The notes under the pieces were generated by a model. The model did not search any database, was not told the origin of the DNA, and worked only from the letters and a program-made list of their open reading frames with translations. A program made the position numbers and the translations under genes. Shown in pieces: positions 61,298 through 64,000 of a stretch of 64,000 nt of DNA. The stretch is from Nitrososphaeraceae archaeon (GTDB lineage: Archaea > Thermoproteota > Nitrososphaeria > Nitrososphaerales > Nitrososphaeraceae), in assembly GCA_044870765.1 (NCBI GenBank), contig JBIOZG010000024.1, positions 1-64,000 of the forward strand, written 5' to 3'. Positions within the stretch are counted from its first letter, which is position 1; each line of letters starts with the position of its first letter.

Positions 61298-63415
61298 CTA
61301 TTTTGTCATAGTAAAGCTATCCAATAGCTTGCCGCTATGAGAGATGAATTGACCCGATAAGGTATTACTGTTTACCGTAATTTTAGCAATTCCGAAATTA
61401 TTATCATCTTGATATTGTACACCGTCTCCACTTCTGTCTCCCCGAATATCGTAGTGTGATTCTCCTGCCGTACCGGCTTGAATAAAAACAGTTGGTTTCT
61501 CGGGAAACTTAATGCGTTCATAGTTGTGATTATGACCATAAAGAACCAAATCTACCTTATACTGATCAAAAAGTGGTTGTAATTTATTTGCCAAATCCGT
61601 TTCTTCTGGATGATTTGATGGACTAGTGTATAGCGGCTTGTGCATTGCTACTATCTTCCAGGGTTGTTTAGTAGTTTTCAATTCGTTTTCCAAGAACATT
61701 GTATTAGATGAAATCGAATCCTCCGTATTTAGTAATATGATTCTTGCCTGACCTGCGTTGAACGCGAATAGCATAGATGGCTGATCGAACAGTTTAGAAT
61801 ATGAGCTGGTATCATGATTTCCCAGTACACCTTTAAACGGTATTCCTGCCGCTTTTAGATTATCAACAACAGGAATAAAGTCACCCACTGTACCGTAAGA
61901 ATAATCCCCAAGTCCGAGCGATAGATTTACCTTATTATTTTTCATTAGAGCCACAGTATTTTCCCAGTTATCATTGCGAGCAGAACCCCAATCCCCTGCT
62001 GCACCTATATAATAGTTTGACGAGACTGGAGTTGAAGTTGATTGCACCCTTACAGATATTTCTGTTATACTGGCATAACTATTCTGCGTATTTCCATTAA
62101 CGGTTATCCTTAGGTACCTTGCATTAGTATCAACAACATCATATTTTTCAGGATTTAAAGTTGTCCCACTGCTCTTACCACTAAATATGTTTGAGAACGT
62201 AACTCCGTCAGTTGAAGTAGATATAACAAAGTTATTCTGTCTCTCATTCCCCTTATACCACGCAACGTTGATGTCACAAATCTTGTTACTACTGCCTAAA
62301 TCAAGTTCTACCCATGAACCCACACCGTTATTGGACCATCTTGTATCCAGATTATCATCAAGAACATTAGTACCAGGAAAACCTGACTGACTGCCAGAAG
62401 TTTTCGCGTTTTGAATATGACTGTCAACGCATTCAACTTGTGGTTGACTCGAGGCGAGTGCTTGTGCTCTAATCTCAGCAATACTGGCATAATTATTTTG
62501 TGTGTTACCATTGATAGTAATCTTTATGTATCTTGCTAGGTTATCCGAAAATACATATTTTTCATACGATGTTGACTTCCCGCTACTTGCAGTAGATAAC
62601 ACGTTTTTGAACGATTTTCCATCTTGAGAAGTCGATATCACAAAGTTATTTTGACGTTCATTTCCTTTGTACCAAACAATATCCAAGTTGCAAATGCGTT
62701 TGCTGGTACCTAAATCGATTTGTATTGATGAGCCTATACCATAATTAGACCAAATTGTGTTGAGATTATTATCAACCAAATTTGACGGTGGAAATCCAGC
62801 CTGACTACTTGCCGCAGTTACCTGTGAAATTGGGCTATTAACACAAGATTCGGAAATAGGCTTGTAACCAAATACCTTTAATTCACTTATACTAATCCAG
62901 TTACTTTGGGTGTTCGCTGTAACAGTAACTCTAACGAATCTGCCTGTCTTTGATTGCGTATTGTAATTTTGTTCAGTTAAAGAGGTGCCGTCACTCTTGC
63001 CTGAAAATACATTAGTAAAAGTTTTACCATCTTTAGATATTGCTATTACAAATGAATTTATGCGCTCATTTCCCCTATGCCAATTAATTCCTATACTGCA
63101 TATGACGTTCTCTTTACCCAAGTCCAGTTGAATCCATGACCCTAGACCCAAGTTAGACCAGCGAGTATTGATATTCTGATCGATGGCGTGTGATGGAGGA
63201 TTTAAAGCGTCAGCTCCACTGGCAGTAATACCACTTACGGAGATCTTTGAACATGAATTAGCCGCGTTAAATTGGTCTGATTGACCGTAGATATTATTGG
63301 ATTGAAAAAGTGTATTGGTAAAAATAAGAACCAAAAATGTAACCACAGACATACAAAATGCCAATTGATTGCCTCTCCATGCACTACATGAAGATAACTT
63401 TAGTAAATTAATCAC
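61298..63415 (-). CDS. Secreted protein with three discoidin (F5/8C, CBM32-like) repeats and a purple acid phosphatase-type domain
   Basis: Three D.N..T.WS..G.GS.I..DLG..IC....W..G.ER repeats; GDWG, GDYSY, GNHD, VAMH, GHNH motifs. Confidence 0.9.
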   Translation of the reverse strand: MINLLKLSSCSAWRGNQLAFCMSVVTFLVLIFTNTLFQSNNIYGQSDQFNAANSCSKISVSGITASGADALNPPSHAIDQNINTRWSNLGLGSWIQLDLGKENVICSIGINWHRGNERINSFVIAISKDGKTFTNVFSGKSDGTSLTEQNYNTQSKTGRFVRVTVTANTQSNWISISELKVFGYKPISESCVNSPISQVTAASSQAGFPPSNLVDNNLNTIWSNYGIGSSIQIDLGTSKRICNLDIVWYKGNERQNNFVISTSQDGKSFKNVLSTASSGKSTSYEKYVFSDNLARYIKITINGNTQNNYASIAEIRAQALASSQPQVECVDSHIQNAKTSGSQSGFPGTNVLDDNLDTRWSNNGVGSWVELDLGSSNKICDINVAWYKGNERQNNFVISTSTDGVTFSNIFSGKSSGTTLNPEKYDVVDTNARYLRITVNGNTQNSYASITEISVRVQSTSTPVSSNYYIGAAGDWGSARNDNWENTVALMKNNKVNLSLGLGDYSYGTVGDFIPVVDNLKAAGIPFKGVLGNHDTSSYSKLFDQPSMLFAFNAGQARIILLNTEDSISSNTMFLENELKTTKQPWKIVAMHKPLYTSPSNHPEETDLANKLQPLFDQYKVDLVLYGHNHNYERIKFPEKPTVFIQAGTAGESHYDIRGDRSGDGVQYQDDNNFGIAKITVNSNTLSGQFISHSGKLLDSFTMTK

Positions 63416-63750
63416 GATGATCTGGTTAAAATTTGATATAATTACTTGCTATTTAATTTTTGTTGACAGAGCAATCCAATCTTACAATTCAGTTTGGGTG
63501 ACATTTCATTATTCAACAATATTTCAGAGGTGAAATTACAGGCAAGAGAATGAGATTACAGTTGTAAATCCAGTATTGGAAATTGAATCAGAATGTCGTA
63601 TCATTTGGATATTATTCCAACTAAAATTGGGCGCGGTGTACATAGGCGGATACTTATGTTGACATTCTAGAATTTGACTGTGTGATTCATTCTCTAGAAA
63701 GAAGAAGTTAGTGAATTTCGAATATTTTAGAATTAATTATTCAATTGATA

Positions 63751-64000
63751 TTACCAATACGTGCTCTCACTAACTTCATTTGTCCTATTTTTTTCGACAT
63801 CTAGATATTCTTTGATTCCTTCCAGGTTCCGAAATATTCCTTCAGGGGCAAATAATGCCGGAGCTTGAGTCGTTGGTAGATCTACGCAACAATCCTGTTC
63901 GAATTTACTTATATGATACTCAACAAATTGTATATTGTTACTTTGTAAAATCTCAATAGCCATTCGAGAACTTTCTGAATCATCAATTAGCAGAACAGGT
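63751..64000 (-). CDS. Glutaredoxin-like hypothetical protein; 5' end lies beyond the window
   Basis: Frame stays open to the window edge (PVLLIDDSESSRMAIEIL..); QAPALF..EG.F..LEGI thioredoxin-fold-like end. Confidence 0.6.
   Translation of the reverse strand, partial: PVLLIDDSESSRMAIEILQSNNIQFVEYHISKFEQDCCVDLPTTQAPALFAPEGIFRNLEGIKEYLDVEKNRTNEVSESTYW

Noticed and set aside
1778-62511. Many 60-180-aa ORFs antisense to or nested in long genes (e.g. 4335-4700, 30145-30555, 39963-40454, 60055-60597)
   Set aside because: They are shadows of well-supported genes on the other strand or frame and have no recognisable motifs.

Overview
AT-rich archaeal chromosome segment. It is almost certainly from an ammonia-oxidising archaeon of the Nitrososphaerales (Nitrososphaeraceae-like). 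Support comes from the AOA-type Rieske/cytochrome b/plastocyanin-like complex III, a two-domain multicopper oxidase, Amt, late cobalamin genes, cofE, the exosome superoperon and frequent TTG/GTG starts. The left end (1-1560) is a decayed integrative element: a tRNA-3'-end att-like sequence, an amber-interrupted truncated tyrosine integrase, a frameshifted EVE-like gene missed by the ORF track, and a PD-(D/E)xK nuclease fragment. Next come uvrBAC, a CUT1 sugar ABC transporter, a coupled methyltransferase / UbiA-like membrane protein / chorismate-lyase-like operon, and a radical SAM gene divergent from an ETF (fixAB) + fused FixC-ferredoxin operon. These are followed by ChdC-like/DUF1802/AKR genes, secreted proteins and core housekeeping blocks. 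The right part holds a sulfur-handling neighbourhood (Cys-type Thi4, frameshifted DUF6775 peptidase, TrxB, cysteine synthase, TusA, CofE, SerB) and a triple-discoidin purple acid phosphatase. No rRNA, intact tRNA or CRISPR array was seen. All family calls come from motif recognition by eye; no database searches were run.
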